A stretch of DNA of 64,000 nt from the NCBI GenBank assembly GCA_951406725.2, contig OX597820.1, positions 28,644,001 to 28,708,000 on the forward strand. Direction: 5' to 3'. Shown piece by piece: positions 27,480 to 41,028 of this stretch. The first letter of the stretch is position 1; every line of letters starts with the position of its first letter. A program made the position numbers and the translations under genes. This stretch comes from Octopus vulgaris. Its lineage: Eukaryota. Under the pieces are notes generated by a model. That model did not search any database. It saw only the letters and a list, made by a program, of their open reading frames with translations, and had not been told where the DNA came from.

Positions 27480-28110
27480 TATTGGTTTCGAACTTTTGCA
27501 GAACGACTGTAATTTCCGGAGAGAGGTAAGTTGATTACATCGACCCCAGTGCTCAACCGGTACTTATCTTGTCGACCCGGAAATGATAAAAGGCAAAATC
27601 GACCTCGGTGGAATTTGGACTCGATACGCAAACATGGAAAAAATATCGGTAAGCATTTTGCCCTGCGTACTTATAATTCTGCTATTCCGTCGGCTTTGAA
27701 TATCTAATATTGATTTCATCTTAAAGGCGGCAAAATCGTTAGAACGCTGGGCAAAATACTTCACGGCATTTTGTCCGTCATTACGTTTTGAGGTCAAATT
27801 ATACCGAGGTCAACTTTGCCTTTCATATTTTCAGGGTCGTTTGAGTATCATGGTCAATGTAATGCTGGCTTTGTGCCACAATTTGAAATAAATATTGATT
27901 TCATTCTAAGACAGCGAGCTGGCAAAATCGTTAGCACGCCGGGTAGAATGCTTAGCGCATTTCATCCCTCTTCAGGTTCTGGGTTCAAATTCTGTCGAGG
28001 TCGACTATACCTTTCATCGCCTGGAGGTCGATAGAATTGGTACCTGTTGTGTAATGGTGTCGATGTCATCGACTTAACCCCTCACCCAAAATTGTTGATT
28101 TCATCTTAAA
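27480..28110. mobile_element. Cluster of SINE family B copies (one minus, then two plus in tandem)
   Basis: 27480-27690 (-), 27722-27900 (+), 27908-28110 (+). Confidence 0.75.
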
Positions 28111-28712
28111 CAAGCAAAACTTCCTCACTGTGAAAGAAACACATTTACAATACATTAATGTAATATATTATTTCTACAGTGTATATAAATGAATTGCTAT
28201 GACTCAGTACACACTTCCACAGTTAAGTTGAAAAACTAATAATAACTAAGGTATTTGTCATGGGAAAGCGAAACAACGGTAACACGATTCGACATATCGA
28301 ACACTTCTTCAACATTTCAGAGGGTCAACCGTAAGTCAATCGAGTCGGCTATCATATCACTTACGGTTTAGTTTATTCGAAGTCCGCCATGTTGAATACA
28401 TTCCTGAAATACGCCATTCATTTATTGTTTTTATTCCTAAACAATGCGGTTAAGTATTCTTATAGCGGAATGTAAATATGAACGGTCGCGAATTAAAGTG
28501 GACAATAATATAATATTGACGTGTCTTGATCATACACGAGGACAATTATGGCCGAATGAATCAGTGTGTCTATATTGATACAGCTTTGTTTTGTCGTCGG
28601 TTGTGCAATGACAGTCAGAATAGAGCTTAACATTATACGAACAGCGACAAAAACTCTAGAGAAATAAATACTGTTAAACAAACTAGTCAGATTCTCTCTT
28701 CTTGTCGGCAAC

Positions 28713-28870
28713 AAGGCGGCGGCGAATGGCAGAATTTTGTGCTATATTTTTTCTGGTTCACCGCGTTCCGAATTCGATTCCTGGCAATCTCCTCTTCGCC
28801 TTTCATCCAATCGGAGTTTATCAGCAAAATACCAATGTAGCCCCGAAGTCGATTTTTCACACTTAATCTA
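28713..28870 (+). mobile_element. SINE family B, diverged
   Basis: aaggcggcggcgaatggcagaat...gcctttcatcc. Confidence 0.55.
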
Positions 28871-29144
28871 GTTTCTGTTTCTCTCTCCTAAACTCTTCTT
28901 TCTGTTTCTTTCTTTCATTCTTATGCCCCTATCACTCATTCTTAGGTTCGTCTTTAGTACTCTTCTCTCTGTAACTGTCACTCTCTCACGAATTTCTTTT
29001 TTTTTCTTTCAATCTTCTTTATGTCTGTCTTTCGCTTTTCTCTCTCTTTCCATCACTGACTCCTCTCTCTGTCACTCACTAACTTACTCTACTCTATGTC
29101 TCTCATGCTTTTGTTTTTCCTGCCTCTCTCACATTTCTCTCTCC

Positions 29145-29175
<31 letters not shown>

Positions 29176-29547
29176 CCTCTCTCTCTCTGTTTCTGTATTA
29201 TGTGCGTAATTAAATTTCTTTCCCTGTCAAGCTGTCTGATAGAGGGAATTATATTAACTACACGTATCTGTGGAATACTCAGCCACTCACTCGTTAATTT
29301 CAAAAATAAGAATTGAGGATCGAACAGGCTATCATAGAAACCAAAGGAGATAGCGTATCGTGGAGATCAAAGGAGAATTCACCTCCACTATTTCTACCGA
29401 CCTTTCTGCTGTGAATCAAAAGAGCAAATAGCAAATCATTCGACATGGTAGAAAAGGCAACCAGCCGTCTCCTAAATCACACTAGTGAGAGAACACATTG
29501 GACAATATAGCTTAAAGCAAACAGAAGGAAAGTTCACGGAAGGAAAT

Positions 29548-29623
29548 ATTTTGAATATAGCCTTCAGGACGTACATTTCGCCAAAGATTTTGAATATAGC
29601 CTTCAGGGCGTACATTTCGCCAA
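29548..29623. repeat. 39-bp tandem duplication
   Basis: attttgaatatagccttcagg(a/g)cgtacatttcgccaa x2. Confidence 0.95.
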
Positions 29624-29865
29624 GTAATTAGAATTACTAATGATAACACTGGTCAATAAGTATTCTTCATCAAGCATATGTCAAGGTGTGCTTAGTGTAG
29701 TTTTTAATAGTGATTTCAAATATACAATTAGTTTGTTTTTTGTTTGTTTTTTTGACATCACGTACAGTTTTCAAGTTGAGAAAGTTTTTTGGTTTTAGCT
29801 CATGCATTATATAGAAATTTCCAGTTAATGACGTGTATGCATGTATTTCGGTTGCGACGACGAAG

Positions 29866-30158
29866 GTCTCAGCTGATACGATCAAAGGAACAGCTTGCTC
29901 GTGAAATTAACGTGTAAGTGGCTGAGCACTCCACAAATACGTGTACCCATAACGTAGTTCTCGGGGAGATTCAGCATGACACAGTTTGTGACAAGGCCGA
30001 CCCTTTGAAATACATGTACTCCTCCTTTTTGCCAGCTGAGTGAACTGGAGCAACTCGAAATAAAGTGTCTTACTCAAGTACACAACAAGCCGCCGGGAAT
30101 TGAACTCACGACCTTACGATCATGAGCTGAATGCCACTAACCACTAAGCCATGCGCCT
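29866..30158 (-). mobile_element. CORE-type SINE family E nested in the Chapaev3 5' region
   Basis: Same head and CORE as family D but a different 3' half (gaactacgtta..gtacacgt..gctcagccacttacacgttaatttcacgag); a fragment also lies at ~29255-29300 (+). Confidence 0.8.
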
Positions 30159-30379
30159 TTACAGAAACATACCTTTAAAATAAACTACATTATTCATTGC
30201 TGCATAGTTCAGATGCAATATTTCATCATCATACATTAACCAATCAAGTTTTGTCTGATGAAATACGTATTTCAACATTTCAAATTGTCCAATCATAATT
30301 GGTCTCATGAAATATTTCATCTCAAATTCAATATAAGTATAACCATTTATATCTATTTTCTTACTTGTTTTACAGTGTT

Positions 30380-32030
30380 AACAACGTCAAGACAGTTTAG
30401 AAATCGTCCTGATGTGTTTTGTTATGTCTGTGAACAATTTATTGTGAAAGCGCAAAAAACATATAGCAAAACTCAACATCAAGAATATTTATAAGCTATA
30501 CTTTGACTGTCCTCTCAGAGATCAGGACAAGTTATGGGCACCACATTTTATCTGCTCAGCTTGCTCAGATGGCTTACATGACTGGTTCATTAAGAAGAAG
30601 TAGTCCATGCCTTTTGAATTCCGATGGTATGGAGGGAGCCGAAAGATCATTTTAATGACTGTTATTTTTGCAAAGTAAATGTCACAGGATTTTTTATGAA
30701 GAATAAACACAAAATTGTGTATCTGAATTTGGATTCTGCAATGAGACCTATTCTTCACAATGGAAGTTTGCCAATTCTAGTTCCACCAGATGATGGCATT
30801 GAAGCATCAGATGATGATGCTGACTGTCAGGATAGTGTTGCTGAGGAAGATTATGATGCTGATGACGATAGCTTTGAACGTCAGATATTTTCCAAGCTGA
30901 GCTGAATGACCTTCTCATCGACCTATCCCTCTCAAGAGATAAAGCAGAACTGTTGGCATCAAGACTGAAGAAGTATCTGCTAGAGCACGGTGTTCGTATC
31001 AAATATTTTCCGCAGAGAAATGTGGTTCAACAAACAAGCTCTTCTGTTGAAGGCCCACTTTGCATTAGCAGTAACATCGAATGACTTTTAGAATGTGTAT
31101 CACAAGATCACGGTCCTGCAGAATGGCGTTCGATTATTGACTCTTCAAAAGAAAGTTTAAAAGATGTACTTCTCCATAATGGGCATTTGAAGCCTTCCAT
31201 CCCTATTGAATACTCCGTTCATCTTCATGAATAATATGAGAATACGGAACTTTTACCTCATGCCATTGCCTATGAAAGATACACATGGAAAATATGTGGA
31301 GATTTAAAAGTCATTGGAATGTTAATGCGAATGCAGTCAGGTTACTCAAAATACTGTTGTTCCTTGTGTCTATGGGATAATCGGTAAACTCTCAGGCATT
31401 ATTCAGAATTAAACTGGCCGACAAGAACATCATACCCACCAGGACTGTCCTACGTCAAGAATATACCTCTTGTCGATTCATATAAAGTTCAAATGCCTTC
31501 TTTGCACATAAAGTTTGGATTGATGAAACAGTTTGTAGAGACACTAGGGAAGAGAAATGCCATAGAATTTGAGTATATTGTAGAAAAGTTTCCCAAAATC
31601 ACACAGGCAAAGTTGAAAGAGGGTATCTTAGTTGGACTCCAAATTAAAGAAATACGCAAAGATGTCAACTTCAAGACAACACTGGATCAACTGGAACTGC
31701 CCGCCTGGAATGCTTTCAATTGGATCTGTGAGCATTTCTTAGGCAACAAAAAAGGCAATGGAAGACAAGGATGGCATCTAGAATCTTCTGAAATGTTACT
31801 CTGCAATTGGCTGTTGCATGTCACTGAAAGTTCACTTCTTGGACACACATCTAGATTTCTTCGAGATAAAAGTATCTGATGAACATTGTGAAAGATTTCA
31901 TTAGGACACTAGTGTTATCGAGAAACGGTACCAAGGCTTCGACAGTATGCTGGCTGACTATTGCTGGACACTCTACTGTGATCAACCGGATCAGGAACAG
32001 TGCAGGAAATGCAAATCACAATGTTTCTAA
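30380..32030 (+). pseudogene. Chapaev3-type transposase pseudogene
   Basis: FCYVCEQF, DQDKLWAPHFICSAC, VWREPKDHFNDCYFC, ELLASRL, IDSSK, ICGDLKV, LHIKFGLMKQFV, MSLKVHFL..HLDFF, SDEHCERFH, MLADYCW; multiple stops and frameshifts. Confidence 0.85.
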
Positions 32031-32340
32031 CTCTGTTGTTCTAAATTTGTCTGTTTTGTCCGACAAAAAATGTTTTGTGTATTCACTCTATGAAGAATGA
32101 GAATGATGATTTTTAACTAAATAAACTCATTTACTTTCTAAAAATAATATGTCCTTATTTATTACATTAATGATTACTTAAAGAGAAATATGTAAATATT
32201 TGCATGTATCTACCAAAAAACCGATACGTGCTGCAATACAAATGGAGTGAAATTTTGATATCAGCATGAAAAATAAGTCTAAAATCGTCGATTTGCATTC
32301 ATAATGAGTATAATACATTTAATTTTGGTCACCAGTGTAA

Positions 32341-32720
32341 TCTTTCTAATTTTGTTACAAGGCCAAAAATCTTAAGGGAACGGAGGAATCAGTTACATCT
32401 ATTAGTAGTATTTCAAAGACGGTGAGCTGGTAGAATCATAAACACGCCGAGTATATCGCGTGTTACGTTCTAATTTCAAATCCAATCGAGGTCGAATTTG
32501 CGTTTCATCATTTTGGGTTCAATAAAGTAGATACGAAGTACAGGACTAGGTATAATTAACTTACTCCTCACCTTAAAAGTTCTGTCAATCCAAAATAAGA
32601 AACTTTGTCTTTCGTCCTTTTGTGGTCGATAAAAAAGTACCACTTGAGCACTGAAGCAGATGAAGTCGAGATTCATCCTGCCTCGTTATGGCTGGCCTTG
32701 TGCCAAAATTCGAAACCATT
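32341..32720. mobile_element. SINE family B fragments
   Basis: aagacggtgagctggtagaatc...gaggtcgaatttgcgtttcatc...ggccttgtgccaaaattcgaaacc. Confidence 0.6.
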
Positions 32721-34057
32721 ATGCTATGTCGATAATGATGCAACGATTTTTTCTTTTTCGTTCACCATAACAATGTCAGGTTTCCGATATATCATCTGAT
32801 GGTCACGTTCAGTCATTGCATCACACAGGATTTTACAATCTTCATTCTCAGTAGGCCCTTATGAGATCGTGCTACGCTTTGTGTAACTGAGGAAAATGGG
32901 TCATTTCACATTGCTCCGATCATTACTCAGCTATAATGAGTAACATTATGTTGTTATTACAGCCATGGCGACCTGTTACATTCTGACTGAGCTACAGGAT
33001 AGAGTTGGCTGTACTTTAGTTTAGAGGTTATTGCATTTGTCTTATATATCAGATGACGAAAGTTCAAATCCCCTTCAGAATGTAAGCTCGTGGTGCTGAA
33101 ACGGTTTTAAATTGGCGTAATGAAATTATAATTTTGTTAATGACATAATTATCTTATCCTCACATTTGATACTTTTATTTTAGTTTTAAATACAAATAAG
33201 GTGTTTATAACAGGAGGCTGCAGGGAGATATTTTATGCGCATCGTGCGTCACCTAGAAAATCTTGAGGCAATTCACTAAAGCTATGCATGATATTCCTTC
33301 GATGTACTTAATCTAAGCTATTTCTCTATAGCAATAATTAAATATAGATGTTAGTTGCCAGATTAATTGGTTGATATCTCTAGTCACGCTTTACACCGTG
33401 AAGAGAGAGAGAGTGACAGAGAGACAGAGAGAGACAGACAGACAGATAGACAGACAGAGAGAGCGGTGGAGAGAGATTTAGTGGATGAGATACAGAGACG
33501 TTGAATGGGAGGTACAGGATGAGTGCACTTACTGAATTTAGTTGCATGGGAAGGATGAGGGGAAGCATATGACAAAGTACACATGTCACGTGTTATACAA
33601 ATGAGAAACTTGTCTTATTTAATTTCGTTTGAAGGTAATAAATATTTTTCTTTTGAAAACTTGTATTCATTTCATCATTCTCTATAAGCACAATAACATT
33701 TGATTAAATCTAATTTATAATTCTTGAATGTATGTCATATTGTCTGATGCTACTCATGATGGTAAAAGTACACTTGCTAAGATACCCAACATATGACGGG
33801 TAACATTACAGTATGTTTTATTATTTATAAGTCAGATCTCCGTGGCTCAGAAGGTAAAGAGATAGTTACAGGGTCTCGGGGATTAATACGAAGACATTGG
33901 TTTTATTCCTACAATACAGATCTAGTCCAAATGATGACAGCAGAGTGGCCCTTAGTAAAGGCTATCAGGAGCCAAATGGGGATATTTAATCCAGGCTTCG
34001 GACCAAATCTACAATATAGAAATAAGTAGGCATAAACACTTCCATCACTGAAGCCAA

Positions 34058-35430
34058 CTGTATATATAAAAGGCAGGGTGTGTGTGTGTGTGTGTTTGTG
34101 TGTACGTACGTGAATGTAATTTATGAATGTCCACAAATTAGCACGCATGTCGCTCCAATTTTAGGAGGACATTCGTCATAATCCTAGCTGTATTTTCGTC
34201 AACTAATTTTTCCCAGAGGCACCAGCGAATAGCAGTAAAAATTAATTTTCAACCAAAACTTTTAACAATTTTCAAGTCGGAGAAATCACTATTGTTTGCA
34301 AACAGGAGTTAAGTCTCCTTCTAGCGACGAGAGAGATTTTGTTAAGACTTTTGTTGTTTTTTTTCCATCGAGGAAAAATGTGGTTTGTAAATATACAGGC
34401 AACACATACACACACGAACATGTATGCGTACAGAAAACATGTATGCAACAATAGGTGTACGTACGTACGTGTGTGTATGCGTGTGCGTGTGTTGTCCCTT
34501 GACTGAAGATTAGAGGCTTCGAATGACCCGTCCGTTTTTTGTGTCGTCTATTTGAATGTTTTGCGTTCTTGTCCCATTTTGTATTTCTATATATATTTTT
34601 TATACATATATTATTGCGGCGTAACGTACACCTTGTTCTCTTCTATGTATGTAAGCATCTCACTACTTGTACGACTTCTACACACACTTTCTCTATACTT
34701 CACCGGTTTCTGTCTTTCTCTTTTCTCGCCTCTTTGATTCTTTTGTCTCCCCTTTCCCCACTCTCTCACATTTCTCTGCCTTTCTCACTCTGCACCTCAC
34801 TGACCCTGCTTTTCTTTTGTTCCGCCAATCCTTGGCACGCTCTCTTTTTTCTCCCCTCCTTAATTCCTTCTTTCTCTCGCTTCTCCTCTCCCTGGTGCCT
34901 TTGTCCCTCTTTTTCTCTCTCTCTTTGATTCCTTTGCCCCTTTTTTCTCTCTCCCTTCTCTTCTCACTTGACCACCGGCAACTATAGCCTTTCGGCTTCT
35001 GAGCACCGCCACGACAATATCGAATATTTTCGTCTGCCGTAAGGCATTATTTTTCAAATACGCCAGCTAAGCTAAGACGAACTGTCTAAAGTCGAAAGAC
35101 GCCTGTTGTTTTTGTCCTGTTATTATTATTATTGTTTTTTTGTATATATATTCGTATTACCTTTTGTTTTTTGTATTTATATTCGTGCGGCATCGTCCGT
35201 TTTTGTCCTTGCTTCGTATACATTCGATCCTTTTTCCAAGCTCGTAGCTTAGTTTTTCCTTGGGGCTGGCCGGATCAGAGCGATCTCAAGATTAATCAGC
35301 CGAAATTGAGAGGATGATCCGGTTCTTGACTGAAGATTAGAGGCTTCAAATGACCCGTCCGTTTTTTGTGTCGTCTATTTGAATGTTTTACGTTCTTGTC
35401 CCATTTTGTATTTTTATATATATTTTTTAT

Positions 35431-35475
<45 letters not shown>

Positions 35476-35587
35476 GGGAATTCGCCCAGATTTGACGTCG
35501 ATGTTGCTTAGTTTGGTTTGAAATAAAGAACTTAATTAGCTTAATAGTCATAACTTAATCCCGAGCATAGCCGGTTTATACTGCTAG
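34058..35587 (+). mobile_element. Non-autonomous Helitron interrupted by an insertion
   Basis: 5' tatatataaaa + (GT)n. The 3' end cccgagcatagccgg-tttatactg-CTAG|T matches the Helitron at 60229-60613. Confidence 0.6.
34498..35433 (+). mobile_element. Non-coding element with 109-bp terminal direct repeats (unit 827 bp), pLTR-like partial tandem
   Basis: 34498-34606 and 35325-35433 differ at about 3 positions; flanked by (GT)n and (AC)n(TA)n. Confidence 0.6.
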
Positions 35588-36489
35588 TATTTGATATATT
35601 GGTGCAATCTATTCAGCCTAATTTTATACACGAAGATTTGGAGTTTGTGTTAATTCGAAGCTATGGTGGAGGACACTTTCTTCGGGGTGCTGCCCTACAT
35701 TGCGCTCTAAACTGCACCCACTTTATTACGATGCGAACTTCTGAACCACACAACCAGTCTTAGTACTGACCACATCCTGGAAAAGCTAAATTTACGAGCG
35801 AGAAAATAGATAAAGGAAGGAACATGTAATTAGTGGAACATGGTAAAAAATAAAATAATAAAAAGAGAAACACAAGCTTTTCACGTTCTTCGTTTCTGGG
35901 AGTTTTATCCACAAGTCTGCATTTGTCGGTATAATTTGAAATCAATTAAAAAGCCAGACTACTTCCTATTCTAGCGATAACTTTGGACATTACGGCTTCC
36001 ACAACACCTGGACGCATTATGTTTTATAGTACACATAACACATCTCTATCTGCGCGCACGTACGCGTGTGTATGTGTGTTGGGGCTGTCAGTTTCCCTAC
36101 GTGTGTGTGGTGAGACAGAGAGAGAGTATTTAGACAACCGGGTAAGCAACCAATCGCAGAGAGAGCGAGATTGAGAGAGAGAGAGAAAGAGAGAGAGTGA
36201 GAGAAAGAGGAAGGCGGTATTTCATTTCAGTTCCAGATGAGTGATAAAGCATTACATTCAAAGCTGTATGATCAATATTCAACGTAGCAGACTTGCATGA
36301 TTAAACAGTAAAATAATTTACTGTTTTTTAGCCAAATATCGGAAATAAAGTAATCAATAATCACACTGAAGGCAAAAGCTGTCTCACTTTGAGATGTTTA
36401 GTAGACCAATATACTCATCATTTTGTTTTGCATTAGTAGACTATCACTGACCATTATTACTCACCCCACCAACTCTCTCTCACACTTTT

Positions 36490-37285
36490 ACTCTTTTTAC
36501 TCTTTTACTCTTTTACTTGTTTCAGTCATTTGACTGTGGCCATGATAGAGCACCGCCTTTAGTCGAGCAAGTCGACCCCAGTACTTATTCTTTGTAAGCC
36601 TAGTATTTATTCTATCGGTCTCCTTTGCCGAACTGCTAAGTTACGGGGACGTAAACACACTATCATCGGTTGTCAAGCGATGTTGGGGCGGACAAACACA
36701 GACGCACATACATATATATATACATATATACGACGGGCTTCTTTCAGTTTCCGTCTACCAAATCTATTCACGAGGCTTTGGTCGGCTCGAGGCTATAGTA
36801 GAAGACACTTGCCCAAGGTGTCACGCAGTGGGACTGAACCCGGAACCATGTGGTTGGTAAGCAAGCTACTTACCACACAGCCACTCCTGCGCCTATGTAT
36901 ATCAGTATATTCTTTTATTCTTTTATCCTTTTAGCTGTTTCAGTCATTTTACTGCGGCTGTGCTGGAGCACCGCCAGTAGACGAACAAATCGACTCCAGG
37001 ACTTATTCTTTGTAAGCCTATTACCTATTCTATCGGTTACTTTTTACCGAACCACTAAGTTACGGTGCCGTAAACGCACCAATATCGGTTGTCAAGCGAT
37101 GCAGGCACAACAACATATATACGACGGGATTCTTTCAGTCTACGTCTATCAAATCCACTCTGAAGGCTTTGGTCAGCCCGAGGCTATACTAGACGACATA
37201 TTCCCAAGGTCCCACGCAGTGGGACTGAATCCGGAACCATGTGATTGGTATGTAATCTACTTACCACACAGCCACTCTTGCGCCT
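36490..37285 (-). mobile_element. Two tandem SINE family A copies (36490-36896, 36910-37285)
   Basis: Both are reverse complements of family A. Confidence 0.9.
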
Positions 37286-37430
37286 ATATTCTTGTCCCTT
37301 AAAAAGTTCTCTTACTCCATGTCTGTTTAACATATTTTTTTACTCCACTCTCTTCATTCCTCGTTTTGCTTTATTTTATATACATCTAGTTATCTAAGGC
37401 CATATACCGTTATATTATCTGCCTATCCCA

Positions 37431-37468
<38 letters not shown>

Positions 37469-37544
37469 GGGTTCAACAGAGTATACAAGTAAAAACAACA
37501 ATGCCTAAAACGGAACAAGCATACATACATATATGTTTGTGTGT

Positions 37545-37587
<43 letters not shown>

Positions 37588-37589
37588 AC

Positions 37590-37985
37590 ACAGAGGTGGC
37601 TGTGTGGTAAGAAGCTTGGGGAAGCGTTTTCTACTTGAGCCGACCAAAGCCTTGTGAGTAGGTTTGGCAGACAAAAACTGAAAAAAATCTTCGTATATAT
37701 GTGTGTCTGTCTGTCTGTCTGTCTGCCATTCTGTCTGTCTGTGTGAGTTTGTGTGTGTGTGTGTGTGTGTGTGTGCGTCTTTGTGTCTGTGTTTGTCCCC
37801 TGTCACCCCTTGACAACCGGTGTTTTTGTGTTTACGTCCCCGAAACTTAGCGGTTCAGCAAAAGAGACAGAAAGAATAAGAACCAGGCTTAGAAAATAAG
37901 TAGTGGGGTCGATTTATTTGACTAAAAATTCAAGGCAGTGCCGCAACATGGCCGCAGTCTAATGAGTGAAATTTGTAAAGATAAA
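37590..37985 (+). mobile_element. SINE family A, internally deleted
   Basis: gtggctgtgtggtaagaagc...gccgaccaaagccttgtgag...catggccgcagtct. Confidence 0.85.
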
Positions 37986-38169
37986 AAAAAGAGATTATAA
38001 TATAAATACACATAAAGAATCTTGCAAACCAAATCCAAAACCGAAATACACACACAGACATACACACACACACACACACATATATATATGTGTGTGTGTG
38101 TGTGTGTGTATGTATATAGATAGAAATACATACATATACATACACATATACACACACACATACATACAT

Positions 38170-38539
38170 ACGAGGCTCGTCTTCTAGGTTGTAGATGCCG
38201 CCTCGGAATTTCTGGAACCACAGTTGATACTAGCTTACACTTATTGTCCGATACTCATATACTGCATTAATATTCCTCGCACTTTCCACTGCGTTGTTGT
38301 CTTCATTGAACTCATAAAGCAAGACATGCCGAACATGTTCCTTTGTCACATCCATTACAGCTTTGAAAAAATATCTGTTAAAATCGAAATGCACTCTTCA
38401 AAATGTGCACTAAGAATAAGTACAGGGTAAAATTACTACCTTGCTTTGTAGAAAATAGATGCAGGTAGTTTATCCCTCCCGCCTCCGATTTTCATTTTAT
38501 GCAATAGAAAAAAACCCGCGATATTTATGGTATGGCCCA

Positions 38540-38541
<2 letters not shown>
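38170..38541 (-). mobile_element. mariner 5' fragment (TIR + HTH of transposase)
   Basis: From ATG 38355: MDVTKEHVRHVLLYEFNEDNNAVESARNINAVYEYRTISVS*YQLWFQKFRGGIYNLEDEPR (Mos1-like HTH); TIR ttgggccataccataaat. Confidence 0.85.
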
Positions 38542-38568
<27 letters not shown>

Positions 38569-38574
<6 letters not shown>

Positions 38575-38897
38575 AAAAAGGGACAGGCAAAACAGGTTGC
38601 TTGACCGCATACCGAAAAAATTCCATCTATTCCTTCTGTTTTGCATATGTGAATTACAGGGTCTGTCATGCCCGGAGTCCAACTTTGATAGAAATAAGCA
38701 TTCTTGTCTGCTATTTCTATTTTTTCGGTATGCGGTCAAGCAACCTGTTTTGCCTGTCCCTTTTTCTTATATACAATATATATACTGAACTTTACAGAAG
38801 TTCCTGCCGGTAATCGGCTATATTTACATACCGAATTCTACCAGTAAATAATTGGGGTTTTTTTAAAAGCCTTTATAGAAATTATTTACTCTTATCA
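38569..38897 (+). mobile_element. Fold-back + tail cassette in (TA)n (arms 38569-38620 and 38720-38773, identical)
   Basis: Inverted repeat seen directly; motif family shared with 21540-21590, 54298-54345 and 57281-57354. Confidence 0.8.
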
Positions 38898-38918
38898 TAT
38901 ATATATATATATATATAT

Positions 38919-39221
38919 AAATAAATGAAAGAATGGAGTTGAACGACGATTTAACAAAATTCCTTTATTCTCGACATATGTTTCGAAGGCTGCATATTCC
39001 TAATTTCGAAGGAATATGTCGCGAATAAAGGAATTTTGTTAAATCGTCGTTCAACTCCATTCTTTCATTTATTTGTGTTAAAAAAACACACAAATTTCCA
39101 CACGAAAGCACGTGATCTCTACCCTTGGCATGTAGCTTCAGCCGTGTTTTTCTGACGTGAATTTGCTACCCAGGTATCGTTTAACCGAATTATCCATACT
39201 AAGATAATTCATTCAACTACT

Positions 39222-39224
<3 letters not shown>
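38919..39224 (+). mobile_element. Fold-back + tail cassette in (TA)n (arms 38919-38979 and 39014-39074) with a hammerhead 3' half
   Basis: Inverted repeat with 1 mismatch; minus strand GAAAC-ATAT-GTC-gag at 38970-38984. Confidence 0.8.
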
Positions 39225-39305
<81 letters not shown>

Positions 39306-39730
39306 TGAATATATCGTAAATCAGTAATGAATGGTATTAAAATATTAGGACGCCTCACTGTATGTGTAATACGAATATGAAAACATTCCTTCAATGTACG
39401 TGTACGCAGACGTGATTTTCTAAGTTGCTATTTAATAACATGTCAGTCCTTATTTAGCAAATTTATGATTAAAAATGTTTCGGCGAGGATGTGCAAGTCT
39501 ATCTAGGGCAAGATGGATAAATGTGTTCTCCTCTGTTTAAAACAGTTCAGTCGGATTTGAGTGAATTTCGCTGTTATATCGTAGCAGATCGAATGACTGC
39601 ATAAGGCTGTACTTTTCCTGCCTGCGTATCCATGTAGATGATGTGTATTTGTGTTGCTATAAATATGTGTGTATATGTGTATGTGAGTGTTTAGTATGTT
39701 GTGTTTGTGTGTGTATGTGTGTGTATGTGT

Positions 39731-39784
<54 letters not shown>

Positions 39785-40132
39785 CTCTGTGTGTGTGTCT
39801 GTTTGTCCACTTACGTGTGTAAATGGATGTATAATTTATCGATATTTCTTGATCTGAATCTTTCTCATACATCATTAACCCCAGTCTATCTCATTACTTC
39901 TCTAGTTCATTTTCTCTCAACACATTCCATATAGATGAAATTACTGACTAGGCAGGCTTCTAATGTATAAATACACTTACATACATACATACAAAACACA
40001 CATAAGCACACCGAGAGACAGACACACAGACTGACAGACTGACCAGTAAGATGAAAAATGGCGGAATGTCTTCCACTTGTCAAAATTTCATTTCCATCAT
40101 TATGCACAGATACATACGCAAATACATCATCC

Positions 40133-40200
<68 letters not shown>

Positions 40201-40376
40201 GTATGTGTGCATGTATGTATGTATGTATGTATATATATACATGTATATATGTGAATATATATATATCTATATATGTATGTACATATGCATGTATATACAT
40301 ATATACACGCACACATGAATATGTATACATGTATACATAAATAAATAATTAAATATATAAATATATATATTTACAT

Positions 40377-40507
<131 letters not shown>

Positions 40508-40842
40508 AAATTGTTTATTGACTTGAAAGGGAATTTCTTGGCACAAATTAATATACATGCGGGCGACGTATATCATGATATGACCGTCACGTGGTATGTA
40601 TTTCTGCTTTTAGTAATGAGGAAATTAGCAGACTGAAAACCTATGCCTATGACTTCATCATAAAACTGGCGATACACCGGATTACGCTTCTGTTTCTACT
40701 GTACGTAATAACCTGAATCATCGTCAGGGATTAACGACATGAACGATAGGAGATCTAGAAGGGAATATCTCATAATAGATTGAAAGAGCATATGTGTGTT
40801 TGTTTGTGGGTGTTTGTGGGTGTGTGTGCGTGTGTGCGTATG

Positions 40843-41028
40843 TGTTCCCCAGTTGGACGGGAAGCCAGTCCATCGCTGCGTTATTCATTTTTGCCTGCTG
40901 AGAGGACTGGAGCAACGTGAAATGAAGTATTTTGCTCAAGAACATAACGCGTCGCCCGGTCCAGGAATCGAAACCACAATCTTGCGATCATGATGCTGAC
41001 ACCCTAACCACTAAGCCACGCGCGTCCA
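40843..41028 (-). mobile_element. CORE-type SINE family F
   Basis: Minus strand: tRNA head, ttcttgagcaaaatacttcatttcacgttgctccag, gatggactggcttcccgtcc. Confidence 0.8.

Larger units (their letters stand above)
29647..32337 (+). mobile_element. Full-length decayed Chapaev3-type (CMC) DNA transposon
   Basis: Termini CACTGGT...ACCAGTG, TAA TSD (29644-46, 32338-40), and imperfect subterminal inverted repeats (catcacgta / tacgtgctg). Confidence 0.85.

Noticed and set aside
34500-34535. CTGAAGA...CGAAT as a hammerhead in the direct repeats
   Set aside because: No GAAA, and no stem I or II in the required register.
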